Source of the DNA: Epiperipatus broadwayi
Lineage: Eukaryota > Animalia > Onychophora
Reading direction: 5' to 3'
Length of the DNA: 64,000 bases
Assembly (NCBI GenBank): GCA_028023455.1
Contig: JAQFVV010000002.1
Span: 10,602,001-10,666,000, forward strand
The notes beneath the pieces are model-generated. The model ran no database searches. It was not told the DNA's origin and saw only the letters and a list, made by a program, of their open reading frames with translations. Shown here piece after piece: positions 13,001 through 24,980 of this stretch; the first letter of the stretch is position 1, and each line of letters opens with the position of its first letter. The translations under genes were made by a program, and so were the position numbers.

Positions 13001-14623
13001 GTGCAATTCTTGGGCATTGATAAATTAGGATTGTTCTTCCTTGGTTCATATTTTTATTTTGCTACAAATGGTGACAAATAATTAGGCTATGACTTAGAAT
13101 ACTCTATGACCCATTCTATTCTGTTATAACTGGTGTTCAACTTCAGAGTATCTTTTTATTCAGTTGCAAATGATGACCAATAATTGGATTACAGTTTCAT
13201 TCAAATTATTCAATTATAAATGACTCCCAACTGTGTGAGGCATTAAAAGAAGAGCAGACCCTCATTTTGATTGTGTTACAAACAGCACCACAATTCATGA
13301 CTATTATCAAACCAGGACCTTTTTTCATGGCCGACATATTTATTCTGTTACAATAGGGTATTCTGATTATATTTCCTGGTCATTGTACATCAAATCCTAT
13401 CTCATAGGGTATCACTTAACATTTATTGATAAGTGTTTATTTAAATATATAGGGTTTGACCTTCATTAATCATAATTCAGGATATCACTATCTTCTAAGA
13501 AATACTATCTATGAATGTGTTAATCTCTGCTATCATCATCACCGTTTTCATGTAACAACTCAGCTTAGCTCAGAACAAGAACTTAAGCTTGGTGGAGGAT
13601 TTATTGAAGATAAGACTATAGGGATAAGAGCACACATAAGTAATTTCAATAACCTTTTTTTATACAATCTCGATTAATGGAGGAAATTACCTACAGATAT
13701 TATTAATTTACGACTAAAGAAATAAATTATTAATAAACATAATAAAAAGAATATTAAAGATTAACTGTAAATGTCAAAATTAAATATACACACACATTTG
13801 TAGGTAATATATATCAATTTATATTATACTAATAAAAATTTGTCAATAAAAAAATTAAACAATGTTTATATTCAAAAATACATGTATTAAAATATATGTA
13901 TGGAATTTATATTTTATGGAGGTCTCTTATCTATATACATATAAATATACTCTTTTGGTTAGTGTTTACATATTTAAATAAATATGTTGTGCAGGTGATG
14001 GAAAACAGTTCTCCTGTATGCAAAATGTTATATTTTGTATTTTTTTCCATCTGTGATCTACTTAAAAGAATTTTTCCAAGGTTGGTAAGACTACATCACT
14101 CAGGCTTTGATTAGCATATATTAAGGGAGCTTAGCAAATCATTTGTATTATTTTTACTGCACTGAGTCAGTACTGAAATGCTTCTGAAACTAGGATTAAA
14201 TTTTTTCTAAGATATATAGTGTTGGAGGTATGCACTTTGTCTCTCCACAAATGTTGTTTCTCTTTTTTTCTTTTTTCTCTTTTTGTCGCTCATTTTCTCA
14301 CAGACAATTCTTCCCATAAGCTTTAGTTTGTTTTCTATCACGTTTTACTTTCTCTAGTGATTTTCCACTAATCTACTACTTTTTCTTTTCTTTTCCAACT
14401 TAATCATTTAATCATCTTTAATGGCATATTCTTCATTTGGATTTATTTTTAATTAAACTGTATAATTGTCTTTAATTAGTTCATGTTTAGTTTTGATAGA
14501 ATTTAACCTTATTTGATTAAACTATCAAGCAATGTTACAGAATAATATATATACATATATTAATAATTATTAACTTATGCACGAAACATGAAGCTTTACA
14601 AATTTTATAAATATCTTTTTATA

Positions 14624-14800
<177 letters not shown>

Positions 14801-17516
14801 GTTTCAAAGAATTTTATTAAACAAATGTTACATAGATTCTTTACAACAAACGATTGCATCCTGTTACATAGGCAATCATAGGACACTTTGGAACAAGTTC
14901 TAAATTTTAAAATCAATTGTATTTTACATTTTAAATAATCTGTTTGATGGTTATTCTGTTATAGGTTTGATGGCTGTCTTATGAGTGACCATGTTGCTGC
15001 TGCAATGTCTGGAGTGCTAATTTTGTAATCCTGCTCTTTTATTTGTTGAAGTTTTTTTGTAAATGTTGCTGGATGTCTTCTTGTATTGTTACCAAATGTA
15101 AATGAGCATCTTGTGCACCAGTATGCATATAGTAAAAAAGTTATTGCTCGTATTGATGGGGTAGAGTTTTTTTTAAAAGATTGTAATATGTTTATTAATG
15201 ATGTATTTTTCCTTTGGTAAGTTTCTATTAACAATTTGCGTATATTGGATAAACTTGTGCATGAATAGAATATGTGCTGTTGTGTCTCTTCTGCTGTGTG
15301 GCAAAGATTGCAAAAAGGATCAATGTTTTTATATAGACATCTGTATCGAAGGAAATATGATGTTGGTAGTGCATAAAGGTTTATTTTTAATATAAAATCA
15401 AAATATTTTGGTTCTAATGACCATTTTTTGAATTTTTTCAATAATTGCTAATTGCTAATTCCAAGCATTGTTGTTTGTGTGTCTCCAGGATTTTCTGGGT
15501 ATAATAGTTTGTAAATTTGCCAGTATGAATATTTATATGTTGCTTCTATGTTAATTTGAGTAGATATTGTTGTGACACTTTGTATTAGTGAAGATAAATA
15601 CTGTGAATTTGGAGGTGGAGTATCCATTGGTGTAATTGTGAGCAAACATTTTAGTTTAGGGAATTGTCTTATTGTTCATGCTAATATGTTGATTGATTTC
15701 TGTATATGGAATGTGTAAATAGTGTGCAGTCCTAACCTATTGTTTTCTGTAGATTTGCTAAGAGATTTAGTGGATATTGCAATGGCTTTGCGTCCCCATA
15801 GTAGTTTAGTGCATAATGATGATATTTTTGATTTGAAATGTTTAGAGAAATTTATTATTGGAGAAAAATATGTTATTTTTGTGGTAATTAACATATTGAA
15901 TAATTGAACTTTTGAGTATATGGATAGGTATGCTTTTGATAAAGAGTGTGAAATTTTGTTTATGGTTTCAAGTAATTTGTTTTGTATGTTTTGCCTCATA
16001 CCATTTGTTCCCAAGTAAAATGGAAATCCCAGAAAAGGAGTGGGTTTGCCTTGAAAGTATTTAGTATATGTTTTGGTTGTATATATGAACCAAGCTGCTG
16101 TTTTATTAGGATTGAATTTTAGTTTGAATTCAGATGAGTATTGATCTAATATTTTTTGTAGTGTTTGAAATTCTTTGCGTGATTTTAAAAAAATTATGAT
16201 ATCATCCATGTATGCTAAACATGGGATATTTTGTTGTGTGTGTGGAATTTGTATTCCAGCTATATTTTGTTGTATTTGTCTTATTAGTGGATCTATGTAG
16301 AATGTGAAGAGGAGTGAACCTTGTGAAATATATTGTGATGGAGTGAATGATGTTGATTTCCTTCCATTGAGTGTGATATGAATTTGTCTATTAAGGAGAA
16401 GATGTAGGTGGTATTGTGGTGTTGGCTAATTTATTAAGAAGTATCTTTATTGACACTGAATCAAATGCTGTTTGAATATCTAATTGTACTGCTATTGGTG
16501 CATATTTTTTTTGCTTTTGTATTGTAGTCATAATAGTTTTAAAGAGTAATGCTGCTTGTCCTGTAGATGATTCTTTTTTTGCAAATTGTAGAGGTGATAT
16601 AAGTGGAAGTGTTGTTCAATTTGATCTGTGATGACTTTTTCTAAAATTTTAATGGCTAATGTTCCCATAGAAATAGGTCTTAGATTGGTAAGTGTTGATA
16701 TATTAATTTTTTTTTTATTAAATGGCACTATGGCTATGGTATTTAGTTCTTTAAGGTTGTAGATTTTTTGAGAGAGATGATTTGCTAGGTCGCAAATATA
16801 TTTTGATGTGAATTGGCTCAAATGTGCGAAGACAAATTTTGGTATACCATTTGTTCCAGGATGACATGTGGTTTTAATTGTATTAAGTTTATCTGCAAAT
16901 TGTTGTATGTTAAATGGATAATTTGTTTCTGGTTGTCCAAAGTAATTATCTGAAGGTGTGAATCTTTTATGTTCTTGTAGTTTTTTCTTGAAGTAATTAA
17001 ATATGGGTATTATCATATTCTTTCCTGCATAGGTCATTCCTTCTATCTCTATTGCCATTGGTACTCTCAATTTTGGTGGATATCCTAGAGCCCATCTAAT
17101 ATATGCTCTTGACCATGTGTGTGTTTGTGAGAGACATATTTTTGCTTTTTTAATTGTTATGTATTCCTTTAGTTTGTTACATGTGTTATTGTAAATTTGT
17201 GTGGGCTTGTATATATTTTCCTGTGAGTTGTGTGAAGGATGTAACATTGTAATTCTTTTGTGTATTTCATCCGCTATTGTTAGAAGCCTTGAAGGTGATG
17301 GTGAGTTGTATGTTAGATGATTTATGTTGAATGATAGTATATTGATAAATGCCAAGTATTTTTGTATTGGATCAAGTATGATAGTATCTAGTTTTCGTAG
17401 CATTATATATGTTTCTGAAAATAGGAATTCTGGGGTTGATGTTGGAGTGAGCATATGGATTGTTTTTTCTAGCTGAGTGGTGGTTGTTTGAAAATTTGTT
17501 AAATTTATTATAAGTG
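14801..17516 (-). mobile_element. L1/Tx1-like non-LTR retrotransposon, 5'-truncated, frameshifted ORF2 (RT plus C-terminal zinc-binding motif)
   Basis: Minus-strand frames give HPGTNGIP and NLRPISMGTLAIKILEK (16528-17454 ORF), LDIQTAFDSV (~16455-16485), SQGS (~16315), YMDDIIIFL (~16185-16212), PFLGFPF, and CNLCHTAEETQQHIFYSC (14959-15441 ORF). 3' UTR 14801-14958, followed by (TAA)n on the element strand. Confidence 0.9.
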
Positions 17517-17681
<165 letters not shown>

Positions 17682-17803
17682 ATATTTCAAAGCAAAACTT
17701 AGCAATGAATTGCAATTCAAATATATACATAGGTATGCATATATTATATTATATATAGAGTATGTAAAAACAAACTCTTAACAAGCTTTAAAAATACCCT
17801 CAA

Positions 17804-17843
17804 CCCCAGACCGCGGTTTCTGCATCTAGCGTTGTCAGTGAGG
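17804..17843 (-). ncRNA. Minimal type I hammerhead ribozyme motif, family 2 (G8 mutated to A)
   Basis: Minus strand reads CCUCA CUGACAA CGCUAGAUGCA GAAA CCGCGGUC UGGGG. CUGACAA is consistent with CpG decay of CUGACGA. Confidence 0.75.
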
Positions 17844-18221
17844 TGTTAGGGATTAAAAATACTAGAATGAGTCTAGCATTTTATCAATGCCTAACTATTG
17901 AAAAGAAAATCTGAAACTTTCAGACATTTAAATGTCCAAAAATCCAGCTATCTAACTCAAATAGCCATATGGGACTGAACTAAATTCAGATACACCATAT
18001 ATTAATAGTTCTAGCAATATAAAATCACCAAAGCCTTAATAGCAAAAACTAAAATTAAATTAATATATGGTGTATCTGAATTTAGTTCAGTCCCATACAG
18101 ATATTTGAGTTAGATAGCTGGATTTTTGGACATTTAAATGTCTGAAAGTTTCAGATTTTCTTTTCAATAGTTAGGCATTGATAAAATGCTAGACTCGTTC
18201 TAGTATTTTTAATCCCTAACA

Positions 18222-18261
18222 TCTCACTGATGACGCTAGATGCAGAAACCGCGGTCTGGGG
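18222..18261 (+). ncRNA. Minimal type I hammerhead ribozyme, family 2, catalytic core intact
   Basis: UCUCA CUGAUGA CGCUAGAUGCA GAAA CCGCGGUC^UGGGG. All conserved core nucleotides are present, with a GUC cleavage triplet after 18256, stem I UCUCA/UGGGG and a perfectly palindromic helix III ACCGCGGU. Stem II is only GC/GC plus a C-A mismatch. Confidence 0.85.
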
Positions 18262-18399
18262 TTGAGGGTATTTTTAAAGCTTAAGAGTTTGTTTTTACGT
18301 ACTCTATATATAACATTTGTAAATACGAGCTTTATTAAAATTAGGTCATATGACATCTGACTTGATTTTTTTATCAATTTAATTTAGTATGCATATATA

Positions 18400-19735
18400 T
18401 ATACATACAGAAAAAAACTATAAAAGCATTATTGATAAAAGAAATAACATATTAATGTATTATTATCATTTTTTTCAAGTCATGCCAGCCAATTTGTAAT
18501 GGAAAAATTGAAGGAATTATAGTTCATGATTTAGGTGGCCAGTGCCTTGGTGTTGTGTAGCTAAGGATAATGGGTCTGGTAAGAACAATGCCATTGTCTC
18601 CATTAATTAGTGTGAAGTGAAAAAATTCTATCAGTATTGAATCTGGCTATGCTGTAAACACCATGTCTTATGGGAGGGTGTAGCAGAGTAGTAATGAATG
18701 TATTTAGAGATTAAATTGATTATGTCCATAGAGGTTAGAGATTGGACCGATATCTTAATAGTGACCATGTGACTGCATATATATCTGAATGGGTGAGTTT
18801 GAAATCTTGGTTCTGAGTTGTTCAAGTTTATTTGAGAAGTAGCAGGATATTGTCTGGTGTTGTTACCAAAGTAAAAGGTGCATCATGTACACTAAATGAC
18901 AGAGTAAATTTAGTTGCATGAATGGCAGGGATAATATGCCTAAAGTAAGTTTTCAATTTGGTATTGAGTGTGGAAATGCTTTACCTGTTATGTGGTCAGA
19001 AGGTTTTTCCAAATGCATGTCAGGGATGAGATTGAATCTAAGGAGAAAATCAACAAACTTCAGTTCTAGGGACTATGTTTAAAGTTTTGGAGTAGTCGTC
19101 TGTTGTTGATGCTAAGAACTGAGGAGAAGAGGTCAGTGGGTAGATATGTATATAGTAAATTGTGTATGTCCCAGTAAGCATATTTTCTTGAGTTTCAGAG
19201 ATTTGGGGGGATGTCCAGTTTCTGGGGGATATATATATATAACAAATTCTAGTGCTGGAAAGTGCTTTGTAATGATGATGATAGTGTTGACACTTTTCTG
19301 TATGTGGAAAACTCTGATGAAATGCAGTACTAACCTATTTTAGACTGATGGAAAGCTGAGGTATCTGATGAAGGCAGACCCCGTCTTCCTTTGCCATAGC
19401 AATTTATTAAAAGTGATGAGGTATGGGAGGTAACAGATTTTGAAATTTTTATGATAGGCCAATAGTAGTTGATTTTTGGGTTTAGTAGTTGATTGATGAG
19501 GTATACTTTGGAGTATAGTGAGAGATGATTTGAAATAGTGAAGTGATTATTCACTTGACATCATACTTGAGTTTGTTTTGGATTTTCTGTAGTACTGAGG
19601 TGGAATAGGAAACCAAGAAAAACAGAGGGCTGATCATGGAAAAGTTGTGTGTGAAGTTGGCCAGGGTAAAGGAACCATGCAGATGTTTTATTTATATTGA
19701 ATTTTTTATATTTGGTGGTGTATTCATTAAATATT
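18400..19735 (-). mobile_element. Second L1/Tx1-like element 3' fragment, same clade as 14801-17516 but a different subfamily
   Basis: Translated pieces align by eye with the first copy: LSLYSKVYLINQLL vs LSIYSKVQLFNML, FGNNTRQYPAT vs FGNNTRRHPAT, QDFKLTHSDIYAVTWSLLRYRSNL vs QDYKISTPDIAAATWSLIRQPSNL. Confidence 0.85.
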
Positions 19736-19839
19736 TTCTAAATATATATTATTATTCTTACTACTACTATTATTATTGTTGTAATTAGGATTTGAACTCA
19801 GTCTTTCATTTCTCTACAGCTATTCAATACATCTTATAT

Positions 19840-20370
19840 AGCCAGTACACATGGCCACATACATATGAAAAAAGATAAGTAATCTCCAATAAACCTATAT
19901 CATCCTGAATCAGCATTCGTCAGTTGGTCCAAATCATCATCTCCCATATATATATAATCAGAGTTCAGTTTATATTATATATATATATATATATAATCAG
20001 AGTTCAGTTTATATTAATATAACAAATCTTCAAATAAATGAACAGACTTCAATCTTCTCCATGTTTTAGTGTTCCGTCATCAGATTTTCAATATGAATGG
20101 ATGAAGAATTGGAGGGTGGAGAAGATTGAAGGCTTTCTATTCTTGATATAAACAGAGCACTGATTACATGTGTGTGGGAGATGTTGACCTGCACCAACTA
20201 ATGAGCACTGGTTCAGCACAAAACATGTATTCTGGAGATAATTTATCTTTTTCACATATATGTAGTCATATGTATCAGTTGTATAAGATGGATTAAATAG
20301 CTGCAGGGAGCTTGAAAGTCTGAATTCAGATTTCTTCTAATTATATTAAGTTTAGTGAAGACAATATACT
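19840..20370. mobile_element. Fold-back hammerhead element, family 3, decayed copy
   Basis: Antisense arm ~19840-19965 and sense arm ~20070-20370, homologous to 38500-39180. Degenerate hammerhead motifs at 19885-19927 (-) and 20194-20237 (+; CCAA CUAAUGA GCACUG GUU CAGCAC AAAA CAUGUA UUCUGGA). Confidence 0.7.
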
Positions 20371-20449
20371 TGTATTTAATTATTATTGTTATTATTATTA
20401 TATAGTCACCCAAATGTAATTTAAATTATATATTCTAATGAGTATATGA

Positions 20450-22650
20450 CATCAATTGAGAGGATCATTTTTTTCTACATTACTTTTCTTTTAAATATTT
20501 TAGAATATCTGTTTTATCCCTTGACTTATGTTTTACTGATTTAGGAGGCTTGTGAGATATGACAGCACTAGAGCTACCCAAGATCATATTATTAAATTTT
20601 ATAACACAATGCTTCACGTAGTAGTATCCTCTTTTCTACTTCATGTTACTGGCCTGACCAGTGACAATGCTGTCATGGAAATTGAATTTATGACCTTTAG
20701 ATTGGTGAAAACTGAATTTATGATAATGCTCTAACAAGTTAGACTATTTTGTTAAGCTAACTGTCAGTGTAAATTTGATATACTCATTTATGATGGTTCT
20801 CTTCATTTAGTTTATCCATGTTTTCTTTAAATGGCAAGGTTAACAAGTAGTTTTCAAACATTATATATTATTATGATTTGCCATTATTGTATTAGTAGCC
20901 TTTTTTTACCATTTTTTCTCTGCCCAATATTCATGTGTTCTATCATATAAATATGGTCTTTTAAAATTCATCTGTTTTTCTTCCTCTAATCATTATTTAG
21001 CATTCTTTTAATCATTTTTAATGGGTAACTGATTTCACTCATATATATATACTTCTACATTCACATTTTTAATCATTTTTAATGGGTAACTGATTTCACT
21101 CATATATATATACTTCTACATTCACATTTTTAATAGATGCAATTCTTGTTTGTTACATATTTCTAGTTTAGATTTTATTGAGATTAGAATTTGTAATATT
21201 GTAATATGGCTTTGGAAAGTTCTAATATTGTATTGATTGTAGTTTTTTTAATTTGTCTGCTATGCTTGATATTCAAAGATGCATTATGATATCTATCATT
21301 AATTTTTATTTATTTTTGTGAGTTTTTTTAAAATTTTTTCAATGATAGTTAACAGCTAATCTTTCTTCAAAATTTTTTTTCGATGTTGGATTTATTTTTT
21401 TTAAGTCATTGATTTCTGAATAAATTTTGTTTGCTCTGTTTCATAATGTTAATATAATTATAATGTTTATGTTTCCATTGTTACTGAATGTATATTTAAG
21501 AATATTTCTATATTTTCTATAGACTATAGTTTTGATTTTGCCATGAGATATTTTTATAGAAGCACATAAAATTCTAATTATGATTCTTGTTTTAATTCTG
21601 TTATGAATTTAATTGAGAAGATATGTGATTGATGTGTGTGTAGAAGATTTTTAGTAGTGCTGAATCATGTGGCTATACAACAAATATATCCACAATATAG
21701 CAAAAATAGACTTTTGGGAAAGGTGTATTAGTATTTATGGGTGTGATTTCAATTTCATCCATGTAAATGTTTCAAAGCCAGAATAATAAGTTGAATCCAT
21801 AGATATTCTTTGATTTTATTGTAAGAAATCTGTGTTGTTCTGACAATATACTGTTGTCATATAGAATATTAAGAATTTCATTATACTATTAAAAGGATAA
21901 GTTGTTTTGGTTTGGAAATCATTATACCAATTTAATTTTTTTTTAATAGATAGCACTTCATAAACAGTGAATCTGTCAATAAGCTTTCCACTTGACAGCT
22001 TGCCAATACCTGTTCTTTTCATTTCTTTGGTTAATTTTATAAAGTGCTTGGAATCTTTAACAAAAATTGTGATTTCTATGCAAAGGACTAAGGACCTTAA
22101 AAACAAATCTTGATAAATTTTGATGTAACAAACTTTCAAAATTAATAATAGGTTTCACAGATATTAGATGTAGAATTTTGCTAAAATTAGTTAATTTAAA
22201 TCATTGAAATATCTATGATGCTTGACCTGCTGTGATGATTTTTCTTATTTTGTTATCATAATCATAAGACCATTACAACTGCAGCATTGCTTTTGTTATT
22301 GAGGCAAATTATTATATAGTTATATAGCTCGAGAGATTTAATATTTTCCTTCTCAACATATGTAATGTTTGACTTGGGTTGTCTCTTAAATGTTCATTTT
22401 ATTCTTCGGTATGATTCTGTCATGTATCATAGTCATCATTTTTAAGATTAATTTCAGACAAACATTTAATCTACAGTAATATTTTACAGTTGATATTTTA
22501 TATGACCCCATGCAGTTTACATTTAATGCTATATTGCAAAACATCTAAAGAAACATATTTGATAAAATTTATGTTATCTGATATTTTATATTAAAAACTA
22601 GATTGAAAAAAAATCTAAGAAATTGTATTAATGATATTTATATTCTTCTA
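20450..22650 (-). mobile_element. Very old L1-like APE-endonuclease/linker relic
   Basis: Minus strand gives an FETFTWMK piece near 21760-21780, then weak SDH-like and W-x-L-N-like remnants. No intact ORF. Confidence 0.3.
21006..21133. repeat. Near-perfect tandem duplication, 61-bp period, 2 copies
   Basis: tttaatcatttttaatgggtaactgatttcactcatatatatatacttctacattcacatt is repeated back to back. Confidence 0.9.
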
Positions 22651-24131
22651 TGTAATCTTTATTTAAGATTAGATTTCAATATATCTCTCTATTTTAGTGA
22701 ATTTATTTATGGTAATTATTTATTGCTGTGTATTTTTATAGTGTCATTCAACTCTAAAAAGTAACACGAGAAAATTGATGATTCTTACATTTATTTAAAG
22801 AGAGATTATTAAATATCTTGGAAACAATGTTATTCATATTTATTTCACCGTTATGTCAGAATTTAGATTTTAAGACATCTAAACAACTGTAATCATAATT
22901 ATTTGTGTATGACTACATATGTTACATCTAACACTAGACTGTCAGATATGATCAATGAAACAATACAAAGTTGATTAATTTTTTTACTGATAATTTCATT
23001 AAACTAAGGGATAAATTTTTAAGTCACATAGGAACTGTGGGTGTCTATTGAAATTTATTAGATTATTTGAATAAAGCTAAGTTGGAAGTATTTGAAAAAC
23101 CACTTACTGTTTATACAGAAGCTCAGAAAACTTTAATATGTTAATATTATTTACTAATAAAATGTTACCAGTGATAACTCATAGAAATATATCTCAGTGT
23201 GCTGCAGAGATGTAAGAAAGATAAATTAAAAAGAACAAATTATGATACATTTTATTATAAAACTTCTTTTATTTAAATTATACTGAAAGTATTTTATATA
23301 AATTGAAAAGAAAAATGAATAAGGGAAAATATTATTGACTTTTAGCATAGGATTTATACAGTCTTCAGTTTCTTTCATTATGAAGTTTTTGGCATTATTA
23401 AGTTCAAATGTTTTTTATTTTTAAATACAATAGTAAATTTAAAATAATACTTATTAATGAACATATTTAAAATAATATTTTGTGTATAATATGCCAATTT
23501 AGTTTGCTCTGGATACAATAATTTATACTAGTTTTAAATATCAAAAGATCTCTTTTGCATTTTTTAAAATCTACCTACCATCTACATGATGTCCACCATC
23601 TTTCTATACACCAATCTCCTCCCTCCTTCCCTCCTGACCTTTCACCCACATACCTACCTACCTTTTTAACTACCTGTCTACATGCCTGTTTACCAAGCTA
23701 TCTCTATGTATGTTTTCATCCATTCTTCCACTCATCTAACTATTAGCTTATGTTAATATATTGAGAAAGACTTTAAACTGCATACTTAATATAATTAGCT
23801 AATTAAATTGGAGTTAAAAACAGGATCATAATCATATAAATATTCCTTTTATAATTTTAGAATGGAAATATCCACTAGTTATATAGATGATAATGACTTC
23901 TTTTTTTAAGTACAGTACTTCACTATAGGATGATTTAAATTGTATATTTATAGGTATTAGCTGTCTCATTTTTAGCCTGAAAATGTAATAAAAATTATAA
24001 CTTTTACTACTAAATTATAAACTAAAATTAATGAGTTTTTTTAAAGTGTTCCAGATCATATATTTTTCAGGTTGCTATTTTATTTTTTTGAAAACTTTGA
24101 TATTAATTTCTATCATTTACAACTTCAATAG

Positions 24132-24169
24132 GATGGAGAAATGGGAAAGAATGACTATTAAAAGCAGAG
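24132..24169 (+). CDS. Exon A of an NWD1/NWD2-like NACHT-WD40 gene (x-MEKWERMTIKSR-D)
   Basis: caatag acceptor and gtatag donor. 38 nt; its phase-1 end joins exon B in frame (G+AT = Asp). Short exon, supported mainly by phase compatibility. Confidence 0.6.
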
Positions 24170-24531
24170 GTATAGTCAATTTTTCTTTTAATGGACAAGA
24201 AGAGAAATGAATCCTTTGTTGTTGTGAATGAATGTTTGGATTTCTTTTCAAATATGTTCTTTGTTGATGATTAATAGATATTTTCTTACAATTATTTTTT
24301 CACAACTAGAATATATCTATATCATTTACTTTTCATATCCTATGCTGGAGAAAAAATCTGTATTCAACTTTTGGAAATGAATTAATCATGTTTTAAGAGT
24401 TATTTTATATTTTAGATAATTTAGCAAAAAATAAATTTAGTGTTAATGTTAAGATTACTTTGCACTTTTTAAACAATTTTAATACTAAAGAATAAACTAA
24501 TCTATTTAATATATTTTTATTTTATTTTAAG

Positions 24532-24634
24532 ATATAAAACTACTTCAAGAATGGTATCAGAAAGATGACAATGCTGTCCCAGCAGTTCTAAAACTCCGTC
24601 CTCTTACTACAAAATTTAAATATTACTACAGCAG
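24532..24634 (+). CDS. Exon B of the NWD1/NWD2-like gene (DIKLLQEWYQKDDNAVPAVLKLRPLTTKFKYYYSR)
   Basis: ttttattttaag acceptor, gttagt donor, open frame. The W-Y-x-x-D-x-N-A-V-P motif matches my recollection of the N-terminal region of NWD1/NWD2 proteins. Confidence 0.85.
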
Positions 24635-24719
24635 GTTAGTCAAAGCATTAAATATTAAGATATAAATATTTTATTTATATATTTAGATGTATTTTTATTA
24701 TTCTATTAATCTTGACTTA

Positions 24720-24980
24720 AAACTCTCTATACAGTAGTACTACTCAGTGTAAACCCGAGTAATCTATGGATGCCAGAAGGCTTGTGCATAAAATCCCTAT
24801 CTAGTGCCTACTCATCCAATATCCCCAGACTAGTTTCTAGCTTGTGGCTTTTGTCAGTGAGGAGCCTTGGATCTGAGCACATCACACCTAGATCTAGTGG
24901 CACTACTGTATGGAGAGTTTTGTCTTGTTTTAATAACAGTTATGAGCAAGCATAAGAAATGGTATTCATGTGATGTTTAG
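24720..24980. mobile_element. Fold-back hammerhead element, family 1 (long antisense arm plus short sense arm)
   Basis: Homologous to 6662-7049. Lies ~85 bp downstream of exon B. Confidence 0.8.
24822..24863 (-). ncRNA. Hammerhead motif, family 1 (G8 mutated to A)
   Basis: Minus strand reads UCCUCA CUGACAA AAGC CACAA GCUA GAAA CUAGUC UGGGGA. Confidence 0.7.

Larger units (their letters stand above)
17749..18313. mobile_element. Fold-back Penelope-like pLTR/retrozyme-like element, family 2
   Basis: Arms 17749-18006 and 18059-18313 are near-perfect reverse complements around a ~52-nt spacer. Each arm carries a hammerhead motif, and CpGs are largely retained (young). Confidence 0.85.

Noticed and set aside
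20050-20090. Minus-strand CUGAUGA CGGAACACU AAAA CAUG, a hammerhead-like string
   Set aside because: No GAAA, no stem II and no pairing stem I.
23555-23746. 63-aa ORF
   Set aside because: Low-complexity CCTA/CCAT-type repeat sequence with no splice or homology support.
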